Positions 45,111 to 56,261 of a stretch of DNA of 64,000 nt are shown here, one piece after another. The translations under genes and the position numbers were made by a program. The first letter of the stretch is position 1, and the number at the start of each line of letters is the position of its first letter. Source of the DNA: Planctomycetota bacterium (GTDB taxonomy: Bacteria > Planctomycetota > B15-G4 > JADJEK01); assembly GCA_044225365.1 (NCBI GenBank), contig JBGAIQ010000026.1, positions 1 to 64,000 of the forward strand. The letters run 5' to 3'. The notes below the pieces were generated by a model that was not told where the DNA came from, did not search any database, and saw only the letters and a list, made by a program, of their open reading frames with translations.

Positions 45111-45704
45111 TCAGCCTCCGATCTCGAACCGGGTGAACTGCATGATCTTCATGTTCTCGCCCATCTTCGCGATCATGTCGGTGACGAGAGATCCGATCGT
45201 GCGGGTGTTGTCCTTCACGAAGGGCTGATCGACGAGGCAGTTCTCCTGGAAGAACTTCTCGAGCTTGCCCTCGACGATCTTCTCCTGCGCCGCGGGCGGC
45301 TTGTCCTTGACCTGCTCGCGGTAGATCTCGCGTTCCTTCGCGATGACATCGGCAGGGATGTCCTCGCGATTCAGGAACTTGGTATTCATCGCTGCGACGT
45401 GCTGGCAGAGTTCGCGAGCGAAGGTCTGCACCACGGGGTTGCGCGACACGAAATCGGTCTCGCAAGCGAGCTTCAGCATCACACCGACGCGGGCCGTTTC
45501 CGGCGTCGGGTGCAGGTAGCACGCGATCACTCCGGCCTTGGCCTCGCGACCGGCCTTCTTCTCGGCGATCTTGCTGCCCCACTTGCGGAGCAGATCCTTC
45601 GCCTTCTCGATGTCGTCGTGGGACTCGGTGAGAGCCTTCTTGCAGTCGTTGACTCCGGCTCCGGTCTCGTTGCGCAATTGCATGACGAGTTTGGCGTCGA
45701 CCAT
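45111..45704 (-). CDS. tsf: Elongation factor Ts (short form)
   Basis: LRNETGAGVNDCKKAL, CETDFVSRN, EKIVEGKLEKF, GENMKIMQFTRF. Confidence 0.96.
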   Translation of the reverse strand: MVDAKLVMQLRNETGAGVNDCKKALTESHDDIEKAKDLLRKWGSKIAEKKAGREAKAGVIACYLHPTPETARVGVMLKLACETDFVSRNPVVQTFARELCQHVAAMNTKFLNREDIPADVIAKEREIYREQVKDKPPAAQEKIVEGKLEKFFQENCLVDQPFVKDNTRTIGSLVTDMIAKMGENMKIMQFTRFEIGG

Positions 45705-45755
45705 GAGAGGGGTTCCTCTTTCGTTCGTTGTTCTAGCGGTTTCGTACCAGCGCGA

Positions 45756-46661
45756 TCACGCCGACGGCGTCGGGGCGTCGCCACCCGCGGGCGGGGCGGC
45801 ATCGGCGGGCGGCGCGGCTTCGGGTTCGCTCGCCTTCGCGTCGTCGCCGGGCGCCCGATCACGCCGCGGCGGGGCACGGCGCTGCGGACGTTCCTTGCGC
45901 TTCATCTCGACGATCTCTTCCTCTTCGTCCGGGACGAAGATGCCTTCACGGAAGTTCGCCTTGCCCTCGACGGCCGCGTCGACGAGTTTGTGCAGGATCA
46001 ATGCGACGGATTTCATCGCATCGTCGTTCGCCGGGATCGGGAGATCGACTTCATCCGGATCGCAGTCCGTGTCGAGGATCGCGATGATCGGCACGCCGAG
46101 TCGGTTCGCCTCCTTGACCGCGATGTATTCCTTCTTCGGGTCGATGACGACGAGGGCGCCCGGAATGCGCTCGAGCTTGCGGATGCCCTCGAGGTTCTTC
46201 CGGATGCGCTTCATCTCGCGCTGGAGCGACGACTGCTCCTTCTTCTTGTAGTTCAGGATCATGCCCGACGTCTCGAGCTGCTCGAGTTCTTCGAGGCGCT
46301 TGAGGCGGGAACGGATCGTCGCGAAGTTCGTGAGCGTGCCACCGAGCCAGCGCTCGCTGACGTACGGCATCTCGGCGCGCTGCGCTTCGGTCTCGATCAC
46401 GTTCTTGATCTGGCGCTTGGTGCCGACGATCACGATCTGACGTCCTGTCGCGCAGAGTTCGCGGAGGAAGTGGCTCGCGCGCGTGAGGCCCTTGATCGTC
46501 TCGACGAGATCGAGGATGTGGATCAGATTGCGCTTGCCGTGGATGAACTGCCCCATCTTCGGGTTCCACCGGCTGACGCGGTGGCCGAAGTGGCAGCCAG
46601 CTTCGAGGAGTTCGTTGACGTTGATCGTCGTGGAGGCAACGGGTGCGTTTTCGGTAGTCAT
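45756..46661 (-). CDS. rpsB: 30S ribosomal protein S2
   Basis: LLEAGCHFGH...WNPKM, RWLGGTLTNF, DTDCDPD, PANDDA. Confidence 0.98.
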   Translation of the reverse strand: MTTENAPVASTTINVNELLEAGCHFGHRVSRWNPKMGQFIHGKRNLIHILDLVETIKGLTRASHFLRELCATGRQIVIVGTKRQIKNVIETEAQRAEMPYVSERWLGGTLTNFATIRSRLKRLEELEQLETSGMILNYKKKEQSSLQREMKRIRKNLEGIRKLERIPGALVVIDPKKEYIAVKEANRLGVPIIAILDTDCDPDEVDLPIPANDDAMKSVALILHKLVDAAVEGKANFREGIFVPDEEEEIVEMKRKERPQRRAPPRRDRAPGDDAKASEPEAAPPADAAPPAGGDAPTPSA

Positions 46662-47213
46662 GTTCTCACCTTCCATTCGGGGTAACGAAGTCAGGCGGTA
46701 GCCGCCGGTGGCCTTCGCGCAAGGAAGGTTGTTTGCGCGCGAAAGTCCGAGCGGACCGCGGAACCGGGCGCCCTACCCATGAGGGTGAAAGTGGGCGACA
46801 CCCTTGCTCGACTCGCCCACCTCGCAGGCGAAAGTCGGAACAATGAGGCGCAGTAGCGTAAAGAACGAGGCGGCGGACATCAAGCCATGTCGAGCCTCGG
46901 CGCTGCGAATCGGGCGAATCCTCCCGTTCGGACGCCAGTGGCCTCCGACAGGCGTCCGGAATCGAGCCCAATCGCGGTCGGAAGCCCCACCCTCGCCCAG
47001 CGAGATTCAAGTCGCCGTACATCGGAAGGAGGAGTCCCGGTTCGTCCCGCCCGCTACCAGAAGACCCGATGCGAGGCCGGACTACGCGAAGGTGCGGGTG
47101 GGATGACGGTGTCTCGCGATTGGAATCTTCGCAAATTGTTTTTCAGGTCGCACCCATCGCTGCCGATAACGACAGGTGGCGACGAAGCGGAGGGATAGGA
47201 CAGGAATCGCATC

Positions 47214-48374
47214 GTGTCGAAGTCGCAACGCGAGCGTCGTAGCGCAAGCCCATCCCCACGGAGTCGATCCGTCGAGTATAGTTCCGGCATCATGCCCCAG
47301 AGCGCACGCAAGAGCGCCAAGAAGCGCGACGAGAACGGCGCAGCCGGAGCCCCGGTCGCCGTCCTGCCGCGCCGTATCCTGATCGCGGATCACTCGACGC
47401 ACCGACTTCCGTCGCTCGCGACCGAGTTGTCCGCGGCAGGACACACCGTGTTCGAAACGGCCGACGTCCTCTCCACGCTCGACGCCATCACCGAGCGACG
47501 ACCCGACATCGTATTGCTCTCGCCGCTCTCCGACAGCATCACCGGCCAGGAACTGCGCCGGGTGATCGAAGCGAAGGACCGCGTCCAGCAGACTCCGCTC
47601 GTCCTCTTCGTCGAGCACGACGTGCTGCCGGCGACCCTCGAGAATCAGGGCGGCTCCATCGACGACGTCATCGATCGAAGGACGGCCGATCTCCCCGAGA
47701 TCCGCCGGCGCGTCGCGCTCGCGCTCGGACGCCTGTTCGCGATCCGTAGGCTCGAGGAGGACAAGCTCGCCCTCGAGCGCCAGTCGATCACCGACTTCAA
47801 GACCGGCACGTACAACGATCGGTACTTCCATCGCCGTATGCGCGAGGAGTTCCATCGCGCTCGCCGGCATCGCCTCGCGCTGTCCTGCGTGATGCTCGAC
47901 TTCGACAACTTCAAGGAGATCAACGACAACTTCGACCACGCCTTCGGCGACTTCGTGTTGCTGGCGTTCGCGAAGAAGGTCCGGTCGGTGATCCGCGAGA
48001 TCGACATCCCGGCGCGATTCGGCGGCGACGAGTTCGTGCTCCTGCTGCCCAACACCGGCCTCGAAGAAGCTGTTCGCATCGCCGAGCGCATTCGCAAGAT
48101 CGTCTCGTCGTACGCGTTCGAGCACGAGAACCACGCGACGCACGTCACGCTCTCGGTCGGCATCGCGACCTACGACGGGGTCGACGACATCACCCCCGAG
48201 GAGTTCTTGCGCCGCGCCGACTGCGCATTGCTCGAAGCGAAGCGTCGCGGCCGCGATCGCGTGGTGCTCTACTCGCAGATCGCGGGGAAGGCATTCCCCG
48301 AATCGATGGTGCCGTATCGGCGCCTCGTCGCGCCCGCCGCCGAATCGAAGGCCGAGTCCGCGCCCGACGCCTGA
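47214..48374 (+). CDS. Diguanylate cyclase with a degenerate receiver domain
   Basis: DFDNFKEINDNFDHAFGD, RxxD I-site (REID), RFGGDEF; the REC-like N-terminus lacks the canonical phospho-Asp (IVLLSP). Start may be 47292. Confidence 0.9.
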   Translation: MSKSQRERRSASPSPRSRSVEYSSGIMPQSARKSAKKRDENGAAGAPVAVLPRRILIADHSTHRLPSLATELSAAGHTVFETADVLSTLDAITERRPDIVLLSPLSDSITGQELRRVIEAKDRVQQTPLVLFVEHDVLPATLENQGGSIDDVIDRRTADLPEIRRRVALALGRLFAIRRLEEDKLALERQSITDFKTGTYNDRYFHRRMREEFHRARRHRLALSCVMLDFDNFKEINDNFDHAFGDFVLLAFAKKVRSVIREIDIPARFGGDEFVLLLPNTGLEEAVRIAERIRKIVSSYAFEHENHATHVTLSVGIATYDGVDDITPEEFLRRADCALLEAKRRGRDRVVLYSQIAGKAFPESMVPYRRLVAPAAESKAESAPDA

Positions 48375-48386
48375 CCTCGCCCACGC

Positions 48387-49310
48387 TCAGCGCGACGAAC
48401 GAATCTGCTGGAGAACGGCATCGGCGATTCGGATCGCCGTGAGGCCCTCATCGGGACCGACGAGCGGCGCTTCCCCGCTCCGCACGCATGCGACGAACTG
48501 TGCGAGTTCGCGCCGCAGCGGTTCGTCGGTCGCGCCTTGATGTTCGAGCTTCTCGAGTCCGGGCCCGCGCGTGATCACGCGCTTGCGCGTCGCGAAGTCG
48601 ATGTCGGCCACCTGCTCGTTCGAGAACATCCGAATGCGCCGCGAGGGCTCGCTCATCACGCGGCTCGCGGCGATGTCGGCGACGGCTCCATTCTCGAACT
48701 CCAGGCGGCAGACGGCCCAATCCTCGAGCGGACCGCGCAGCGCGGCGCCCCGCGCTTCGATCTTCGTCACCTTCGAGCCCACCATCCACAGCGCGAGGTC
48801 GATGTCGTGGATCATGAGATCGAACACGACGCTGGTGTCGGTCGAACGGCCGGTGAACGGCGTGTACCGTCGCGCCTCGAGATATCGCGGCGCGAATCCA
48901 TCGGGCTCGCAACCATCGAGCACGGGATTGAAGCGCTCGATGTGACCGACTTGCACGAGCGCTCGCTCTTTGCGCGCGAGTTCGGCGAGCGCCGTCGCCT
49001 CGTCGAGCGTCGCCGTCAGCGGCTTCTCGACGAGACAGGCGATCCTCGCCTTCACGAATCGCTCGGCGAGCGCGAAGTGGAAGGGCGTCGGCGCCGCGAT
49101 CGAGACCGCGGCGAGATGGCTCGGCAGATCGTCGACGTGTTCGATCCAACGCGTCTTGTTGGCCTCGGCGACCTTCTTGCCCTGCTCCGGATTCGGGTCG
49201 CAGACGGCGACGAGTTCGACGCCGGGGAGCGCGGCGAGATTGCGAGCGTGATGCTGGCCGAGATGACCGGCGCCGATGACGGCGACCTGGAGAGTGGACT
49301 GCGAGGGCAT
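48387..49310 (-). CDS. Gfo/Idh/MocA oxidoreductase, GnnA-like (UDP-GlcNAc 3-dehydrogenase)
   Basis: VIGAGHLGQHHAR, VEKPL, QVGHIERFNP, DLMIHDID; located in the lpx cluster. Confidence 0.8.
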   Translation of the reverse strand: MPSQSTLQVAVIGAGHLGQHHARNLAALPGVELVAVCDPNPEQGKKVAEANKTRWIEHVDDLPSHLAAVSIAAPTPFHFALAERFVKARIACLVEKPLTATLDEATALAELARKERALVQVGHIERFNPVLDGCEPDGFAPRYLEARRYTPFTGRSTDTSVVFDLMIHDIDLALWMVGSKVTKIEARGAALRGPLEDWAVCRLEFENGAVADIAASRVMSEPSRRIRMFSNEQVADIDFATRKRVITRGPGLEKLEHQGATDEPLRRELAQFVACVRSGEAPLVGPDEGLTAIRIADAVLQQIRSSR

Positions 49311-49312
49311 GT

Positions 49313-50617
49313 TCAGGCTGCGTCGATGAGAGTGAACGTGAGAACGGCTTCCGCAGCGAGCGCGTCGTTCACTTTCGCCTTCGCCTGCACTCGACCGATG
49401 TTGTCGCGGACCTTCGTCGCCTCGATCTCGATCCGGAGCTGATCGCCGGGGATGACCGAGCGGCGCAATTTCACGCCGTCGATCGACCAGAGGACCGCGA
49501 GTTTGCCGGTGTTCTCGAGCCGTCGCAGCAACAGGACGCCCGCGAGTTGCGCCATCGCCTCGAGGATCAGGACTCCGGGCATGATCGGCTGGCCCGGCCA
49601 ATGGCCCTGGAAGAAGGGTTCGTTGATCGTGACGTTCTTGATGCCGACCGCCCGGCGATACCCTTCGAGTTCGATGACGCGGTCGATGAGCAGGAACGGG
49701 TAGCGGTGCGGCAGGAGGCTCAGGATCTCGCGGATGTCGAGTCCCGATTCGCGCTGGATCGCGCCCGCGGTCTCGAGCGCCTGCATCTCCTTCACGATCT
49801 CCGCCACGAGCTTGCGATTGCCTTCGTGACCGGAGCGAAGCGCGACGACCTTGCCCTGCAGCTCGACGCCAGCGAGGAAAAGGTCGCCTATCAGATCGAG
49901 CACCTTGTGGCGCGCGAACTCATCGGGGAAGCGCAGTTCGTTGTCGATGACCTTGTTGCCCTCGTCGAGCACGAGGGTGTTCTCGGTCGTCGCGCCCTGA
50001 CCGAGTCCCGCCGCTTTCAACTGCTCGACTTCCTTCTTCAGCACGAAGGTGCGCGCCGGCGCGATGTCGCGCGCGAACACTTCGGGCGTGAGCGCGTAGT
50101 CGCAGAACTGCGCCCCCATCCCGACGTTCGTGAGATCGAGCGTGTAGAGGAGATGCAGTCCGGGCGCTTCGTTCGGAAAGGCGCCGATCGTCGCGGATCC
50201 ATCCGTGACGTGGAAGGGTCGTGAGATGACGAAGCCGCGTTTCTCGGCCTTCTGCTCCACGATTCCCGCGCGCAGGATCGCTTCGACGAAGTTCTTCGCA
50301 GAGCCGTCGAGGCCCGGCAATTCCGGTCCGTCGATCAGGACCTCGGCGTTGTCGACTTGCAGGCCGTAGAACGCGGCGAAGAGGTGCTCGACGGTATTCA
50401 CTTCCGCGGCGCCGTTGCGCAATGTCGTGCGGCGCGCGCCGAGGCCCATGAAGTCGAGAGTGGCGGGGATGTGCGGCGCGTCGGGCAGATCGGTGCGAAC
50501 GAAGATCACGCCCTGATTGATACCGGCGGGATTGATGCGGAGTCGCGCCTCGCGGCCGGTGTGGAGTCCGATTCCGTGGAGATCGATCGGCGTACGGAGC
50601 GTTCGTTGACTTCGCAT
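49313..50617 (-). CDS. lpxC: Bifunctional LpxC/FabZ
   Basis: GIGLHTG, TVEHL, ARTF, RHKVLDLIGDL, followed by LPHRYPFLLIDR...GHWP..PIMPGVLILEAMAQ. Confidence 0.96.
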   Translation of the reverse strand: MRSQRTLRTPIDLHGIGLHTGREARLRINPAGINQGVIFVRTDLPDAPHIPATLDFMGLGARRTTLRNGAAEVNTVEHLFAAFYGLQVDNAEVLIDGPELPGLDGSAKNFVEAILRAGIVEQKAEKRGFVISRPFHVTDGSATIGAFPNEAPGLHLLYTLDLTNVGMGAQFCDYALTPEVFARDIAPARTFVLKKEVEQLKAAGLGQGATTENTLVLDEGNKVIDNELRFPDEFARHKVLDLIGDLFLAGVELQGKVVALRSGHEGNRKLVAEIVKEMQALETAGAIQRESGLDIREILSLLPHRYPFLLIDRVIELEGYRRAVGIKNVTINEPFFQGHWPGQPIMPGVLILEAMAQLAGVLLLRRLENTGKLAVLWSIDGVKLRRSVIPGDQLRIEIEATKVRDNIGRVQAKAKVNDALAAEAVLTFTLIDAA

Positions 50618-50636
50618 GCAGGGGTCAGGGACGCCT

Positions 50637-51707
50637 TCAGCTCTCCGGGCTCGATTCTCCGGAATCGATTCCGAGTCGCCGTTCCAGTTCTCGAATGCGC
50701 TTCAGCGCCGAAGGTAGCTGCCGCACTGCAGCTTCTTCGCGCTTCTTGGCGAGGTGGGGACCCGCGACGAAACCGTACACTTTCGAGCCCGCCGGTGTGT
50801 CCTTCGAAATCCCGGAACGGGCCGTAATCATGCATCCGTCCCCCACTCGGACGTGTCCGACCGTTCCGACCTGGCCGCCGAGCATGCACCGATCGCCGAG
50901 GATCGTCGATCCCGAGATCCCGCTCTGCGCGGCGATCACGCAATTCGACCCAATGCGCACGTTGTGAGCGATCTGGACCAGGTTGTCGATCTTGGTGCCA
51001 CGGCCCACCACCGTTCGGCCGTAGCGGGCGCGATCGATCGTCGTCCCGGCTCCGATCTCGACGTCGTCGCCGATCACGACCGTCCCGATCTGCTCGAGCT
51101 TCTCGAGACCGCGCGGCCCGGGCCGGAAGCCGAATCCGTCCGCGCCCAGCACGGCGTTGCCGTGGACGATCACGCGCGCGCCGACGACGACGCGATCGCC
51201 GAGGATCGCATTACAGTGGATCTCGCTGCCCTCGCCGACGCTGACGCCCTCGCCGATCCGCACACCTGCGTGCAGGACGACGCGCGCACCGAGGCGACTG
51301 TTCGCACCGATGGAGACGTGCGGCCCGATCGCGACGCCTTCGCCGAAATCCACGCCCGGCTCGATCACCGACTGGGGATGGACGCCGACGGCGGGCCGCG
51401 ACCGCGGAACACGGAACCACTCGACGAGCTTCTCGAACGCGCGCTCCGGCCCGGCCACTCGAATCGTCGGGAGTTCACAGGCCTCGAAGTCCGGCGCAAC
51501 GACGATGGCGCTCGCCCGCGTCTCCGCGAGGTACTTGCGATATTGCGACGCCGCGAGGAACGTGATCTCGCCCGGCTGTGCGTCGAGGATGCCCGCGAGG
51601 CCCGTGATCACGAGCTCACGATCGCCCGTGAGGACGCCGCCCAACTCGTCCGAGATCTGCCCGAGAGTTCGTTCCAAGCGACCTACTTGCGACGTAAACC
51701 CGCTCAT
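50637..51707 (-). CDS. lpxD: UDP-3-O-acylglucosamine N-acyltransferase
   Basis: Hexapeptide repeats; GADGFGF; [13 protein letters not shown]; [12 protein letters not shown]. Confidence 0.96.
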   Translation of the reverse strand: MSGFTSQVGRLERTLGQISDELGGVLTGDRELVITGLAGILDAQPGEITFLAASQYRKYLAETRASAIVVAPDFEACELPTIRVAGPERAFEKLVEWFRVPRSRPAVGVHPQSVIEPGVDFGEGVAIGPHVSIGANSRLGARVVLHAGVRIGEGVSVGEGSEIHCNAILGDRVVVGARVIVHGNAVLGADGFGFRPGPRGLEKLEQIGTVVIGDDVEIGAGTTIDRARYGRTVVGRGTKIDNLVQIAHNVRIGSNCVIAAQSGISGSTILGDRCMLGGQVGTVGHVRVGDGCMITARSGISKDTPAGSKVYGFVAGPHLAKKREEAAVRQLPSALKRIRELERRLGIDSGESSPES

Positions 51708-51715
51708 TGAATGGA

Positions 51716-52267
51716 CTAGTGGTCGAGTATGGTAAGCACGTCGGAGGTGATGTCAAGCGTCGGCGTCGCGAACAGGACGTTGCGCAGGAAGATCTCGGAC
51801 GACAGCTCGGTCTGCGACTGCGCGAGCAGCGGACCGCTGCGCAATTGCAGCACGAGATCGATCTGCTTGTCCTTCGCGACCTTCTCGATCGCCGCGTTGA
51901 CCTTGTCGAACGCCGTGCGCTGCTGCTCGACGATCCGGTCCTCGCGCTCCTTGTCGACCTCTTCGACGCGATACTGCATGTCGAGGGTCGCCTTCTTGAC
52001 CTCGAGTTCGCGCTGCGCGCGTTCCTTGCTGTTCTTGGTGAACGCCTCGAGTTCGGCGAGCTTGGTATCGATCGCGTCCTGCTGCTTCTTCAGCTCCGAT
52101 TTCTGGCGCGCGATCCACTCGCGAATCGACTTGTTCGACTCGTCGAACGGCTTCGCCTGATTGAAGACCTTCTGCAGGTCGACGACGGCGGTGCGGGTGC
52201 CGCTCTGCGGTGCGAGCATCGAACCCGCCAACGCCAGCGCGCAGAACCAGGATATTTCACGCATCAT
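51716..52267 (-). CDS. skp: Periplasmic chaperone Skp/OmpH
   Basis: Signal peptide, AVVDLQKVF, coiled coil, DLVL...DITSDVL; between bamA and lpxD. Confidence 0.9.
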   Translation of the reverse strand: MMREISWFCALALAGSMLAPQSGTRTAVVDLQKVFNQAKPFDESNKSIREWIARQKSELKKQQDAIDTKLAELEAFTKNSKERAQRELEVKKATLDMQYRVEEVDKEREDRIVEQQRTAFDKVNAAIEKVAKDKQIDLVLQLRSGPLLAQSQTELSSEIFLRNVLFATPTLDITSDVLTILDH

Positions 52268-52309
52268 GCTTCACCTTCTTCGATCCTTCGGCCGGCGCAA
52301 CGGGCGGTG

Positions 52310-54675
52310 TCAGAATCGATAGCTGATCCGGACCGAGACGATCTCGGTGTTGTCCCCCGAGTGATCGAGGAACGGAGCCGCGAAGTCGAGCGCGATCGGC
52401 ACCGGGCCGAGGAACGGCAGCTTGATGCGCAATCCCGCGCCGACCGACGCTCGCGTGTTGCCGAACAGACTGGAGAAGCTGTCTTCCACCGATCCGAAAT
52501 CGACGAACGTGACGCCGCGCAAGTACTCGAGGTTCTCGTCGAACAACGAATCGTACGTCGAATAGAGCGGGAACTCGTACTCGACCGTCGCCGCGTAGCC
52601 GAAGTGACCGCCGAGGTGCACGCCCTTCGACTCCGGGCCGATGCCGCGGTACTCGAAGCCGCGGAGCGGGAAGTCACCGACACCGCCACCGCCTTGGAAT
52701 CGTTCGAAGAACGGCAGGTCGCCGGAGAACCCGTTCGCGAGACCGATCGCGCTACGGATGTTCAGCGTGTGGACGCGGCCCTTCTCGTCCTTGTAGAGCG
52801 GGATCTTGCCCTTCTCGTCGATCACGAGCTTCTGGCCCGATCCGTCGGCGAAGAGCAGGTCGTAGCGCACGCCCGCTTCGAGGCCGCTGCGCGGATCGCG
52901 CAGCGAGTCGTAGTGACGTCGTCGACGTCGTTCGGCGCACTGTGGACGTTGCTGATGTTCACGCTCTCGATTCGGCCGGTGATGCCCGACGTCCACTGGT
53001 CGGTCCACTCCTTGCCGTAGGTAACGGCCACTCCGGTGTGGGCCTCCTGGAACTCCTCTTCGAAGCGGCTCGTCTCGGAGTAGAGATCGACGCGCAAGGA
53101 ACGCGGGTGCTCTTCGGGTCCGAAGAGGTAGGGCTCGACGAACGTGAGCCGATAGGTCGAGATCCGCGAGCCGGGAAGCAGGCTGATCTCGAGCTGCTGG
53201 CCGGCGCCGTGGAAGGCTCGCTGATCGATGATCTCCGAGACGAGCGTGATCGGATTCCACGACGACGGCGTGTCGGTGATGTCGAAGTTGTCGAGCTGGA
53301 GCTGGATGCCGCCGAAGAAACCGAGGTCGGTCGAGGCGAACGCCGAGATGAAGAAGCGACCGGCGTGCGCTTCGTCGACGTCGACGAACACGTCCTCGAG
53401 GAGCGGATCGGAGGTCGGCTCGAAGTGACCGTCGACGTGGGCGCGGCCTTCGTTGTCGTCGAAGAATCCGAGCGCGCGCACTCGATCGATGCTGCGCGCG
53501 AGCTCGGTCGAACTCGCGATCTCGCCGGGCTCGAGCGTGAGGCGGCGGCGGATCACTTCGTCGAGCGTCGCGGCATTGCCGAGGATTCGCACGTCGCGCA
53601 CGTGCTTCTGCGTGCTCTCCTCGATCTCGAAGCGAACGGTCGCGCTGGCGCCGGTCTCGGCGAAGATGACGCGCGGCGTGATCTTGGCTCCCACGTATCC
53701 GAGTTCGCCGTAGGCACTCTCGATCCGCTTCTCGTCCTTCGCGATCACGCCCATCCGCAGCGGCCCGCCCGCGACGAGTTCGATCTTGGCGCGGATGTCC
53801 GCCTCCGAGATCGCCTGCGCGCCCGTGACCTCGATCTTCTCGACCATGTAGCGCGTGCCGGGATTCAACTGGATGCGCACCGTGGCGCCGTCCTTGGCTG
53901 CGTTCAAGTCGACGCCGAGCAGCGCGACGGTCGCATCGCGCCAGCCCTCTTGGCGGAGGCGCTTCTCGATCGCGACCAGGTCGCCGTCGAGCGTCGCCTT
54001 CTGCAGGTAGTGCGAAATGACCCAGAGCGTCGCCGTGTCGGTCGTCATCACGTCGCGCAGCTCGGAGACGTCGATGCCGTCGACGACTCCCGTGAAGACG
54101 ATGTCCTCGACCGCGACCTTCTCACCCTCCGTGATGTGCACGATCGCATGCGGTCCAGACGGCTTCTCGACCATCTCGACCTTCACTTCGGCCTGAAAGT
54201 GACCGTCGTCCTTCAGGCGCTGCTCGAGCTCGCGCGCGCGCTGCTCGATCGCGGACTCGAAGAGCGGACGCACTTCGCGCAGTCCCACTTCGTCGAGCAG
54301 CTCGTTGCCGTGTTTGGGTTCGACACCGGTCGTCTCGACCGAATCGACCACGCGCGTCTCGTCGAGGACGAGCACGAGGCCGACGCCATTGTCGCGTTCG
54401 ACCGCGCGCACTTCACAACGCGCTCCGAAGCGCGAGAACACGGTCTTCACGTCGTCGTTGATGTCGTTGCCACGATACGGCTGACCGACCTTCGATTTCA
54501 GCGACGCGACCAGGGTGTCCTTGCTGATGCGCTTGTTCCCCTCGACCCCGATCGAGAGCACGGTCTTGCCCTCGAGATCCGCAGCAGAGAAGAACGGAGC
54601 CGCGACCGCGATTCGAACGAAGACGTCCGAGACGGCGCAGGTGAAGATCGCGAGCAGGAGCAGGATCGTCGGCAA
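52310..54675 (-). pseudogene. bamA: Outer membrane protein assembly factor BamA, split by a frameshift near 52915 (possibly an assembly error)
   Basis: Five POTRA-like domains and the barrel N-half in ORF 52822-54675; the barrel C-half (FFERFQGGG, LRGFEYRGIGP, FVDFG, SYRF*) is in another frame. Confidence 0.85.
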
Positions 54676-54770
54676 ACGCTACCTCGCGGCACTCGGACTC
54701 GAAGCAAGCGGCGGATTGTAGGGATCGCCTCGGCGAAATCTCGGATCCGTGAACGAATCGGCGACGCTCG

Positions 54771-56129
54771 TCAGATCGGCGGTTCCTGCCAGTGCCGTGC
54801 CGGATCGACGAAGCGCAGGTACTCGTTCATGAACAGCAGTTTCACCTTCCCGGTCGGGCCGTTGCGGTGCTTCGCGATCACGACCTCGGCCTCGCGCTTG
54901 CGGTCGTCGCCGATCTCGGGGTTGTAGTACGCCTCGCGGTAGAGGAACATGATCACGTCGGCGTCCTGCTCGATGGATCCCGATTCGCGGAGGTCGGACA
55001 TGCGCGGCACGTGATCGTCGCGCGCGTCGACGGCGCGGTTCAGCTGGGAAAGAGCGAGCACCGGAACCGTGAGCTGGCGGGCCGTCGTCTTCAGCGACTG
55101 CGAGATCATCGTGATCTCGTGTTGGCGACTCTCGGCGCCCGGATACTGCATGAGCTGCATGTAGTCGACGACGATGAGGCCGAGATCCGAGGTGTCGGCG
55201 ATTCGTCGCGCCTTGGCTCGCAACGCGCCCGCCGAGATGCCCGGAGTGTCGTCGACCAGGATCGATGCGTTCGACAGCTCGTTCGCCGCGGCGAGCACGC
55301 GTTGCCATTCGTCGGCGTTGATCTGACCCTTGCGCATCTTGTGGGCGTCGAGCCGGGCGACGGAGCACAAGAGATTCTCGACGATGAGTTCGCGCGGAAC
55401 CTCGAGCGAGAAGATGACGCAAGTCTTCCCGGTCCTGATCGCCGCCTGAGTCGCGATGTTCATCGCGAACGTCGTCTTGCCCATCGAAGGGCGTGCGGCC
55501 ACGATGACGAGGTTGCCTTTCTGCAGGCCGTTCAACTGCTCGTTGAGATCCGAGAAGCCAGTGTCGAGGCCACGCAAGCCGGCTTCCTGACCCGCGCGCT
55601 TCTCGAGATCCTCGATCGTCGCTTTCAGGATGTCGCGGACGGTGACGGTCTCGCCGGCGTCGTTGCGCCGGATCTGGAAGACGGCCTGCTCGGCCTCGTC
55701 GATCAGTTCCTCGACGTCGCCCCGGTGTTCGAAGCACTTCTCGAGGTTCTCCTGCGAGACGTGGATCAGGCGGCGCAATCGCGCGGTGTCACGCACGATC
55801 TTGGCGTGGAACTTCGCGCCGGATGCGGAGGGCACGGCTTCTTGCAGTTTGAGGAGGCCTTCCGCGCCGCCGACCGCAGCGAGTTCTCCGCGCTGCTTCA
55901 GCTCGTTCTTCACCGTGATCACGTCGATCGCGGCGCCCTTCTTGTCGAGCTCCATGATCGCCTCGAACACCTGGCGATTCGCGGGCACGTAGAAGTCGTC
56001 GGCCGTGACGAGGTCGCCGACGTCGCTCACCACGTAGCGATCGAGGAGCATGGCTCCGAGCAACGCGGACTCGGCGTCCGTGTCGTGCGGAGGAACGCGT
56101 TCGAAGCTACGGGGATCGACCTGGGCCAT
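54771..56129 (-). CDS. dnaB: Replicative DNA helicase
   Basis: PPHDTDAE, AARPSMGKT, VDYMQL, LSQLNR, DLRESGSIEQDAD, KHRNGPTG. Confidence 0.98.
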   Translation of the reverse strand: MAQVDPRSFERVPPHDTDAESALLGAMLLDRYVVSDVGDLVTADDFYVPANRQVFEAIMELDKKGAAIDVITVKNELKQRGELAAVGGAEGLLKLQEAVPSASGAKFHAKIVRDTARLRRLIHVSQENLEKCFEHRGDVEELIDEAEQAVFQIRRNDAGETVTVRDILKATIEDLEKRAGQEAGLRGLDTGFSDLNEQLNGLQKGNLVIVAARPSMGKTTFAMNIATQAAIRTGKTCVIFSLEVPRELIVENLLCSVARLDAHKMRKGQINADEWQRVLAAANELSNASILVDDTPGISAGALRAKARRIADTSDLGLIVVDYMQLMQYPGAESRQHEITMISQSLKTTARQLTVPVLALSQLNRAVDARDDHVPRMSDLRESGSIEQDADVIMFLYREAYYNPEIGDDRKREAEVVIAKHRNGPTGKVKLLFMNEYLRFVDPARHWQEPPI

Positions 56130-56261
56130 GGCGGAACCTCCACCGATCGACGAGGACGCGGGGCGTGAATCGTAGCGACGACACGAGCGCCCGCGACAGC
56201 CGTGAGGCGATCGCGGGCGCTCGACGTCCGAACTCCGGTCGTAGCGACCGAGAACGAACGA

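Noticed and set aside
52890-52930. Programmed frameshift in bamA
   Set aside because: No slippery sequence, and coding sequence appears to be missing, so a deletion or assembly error fits better.
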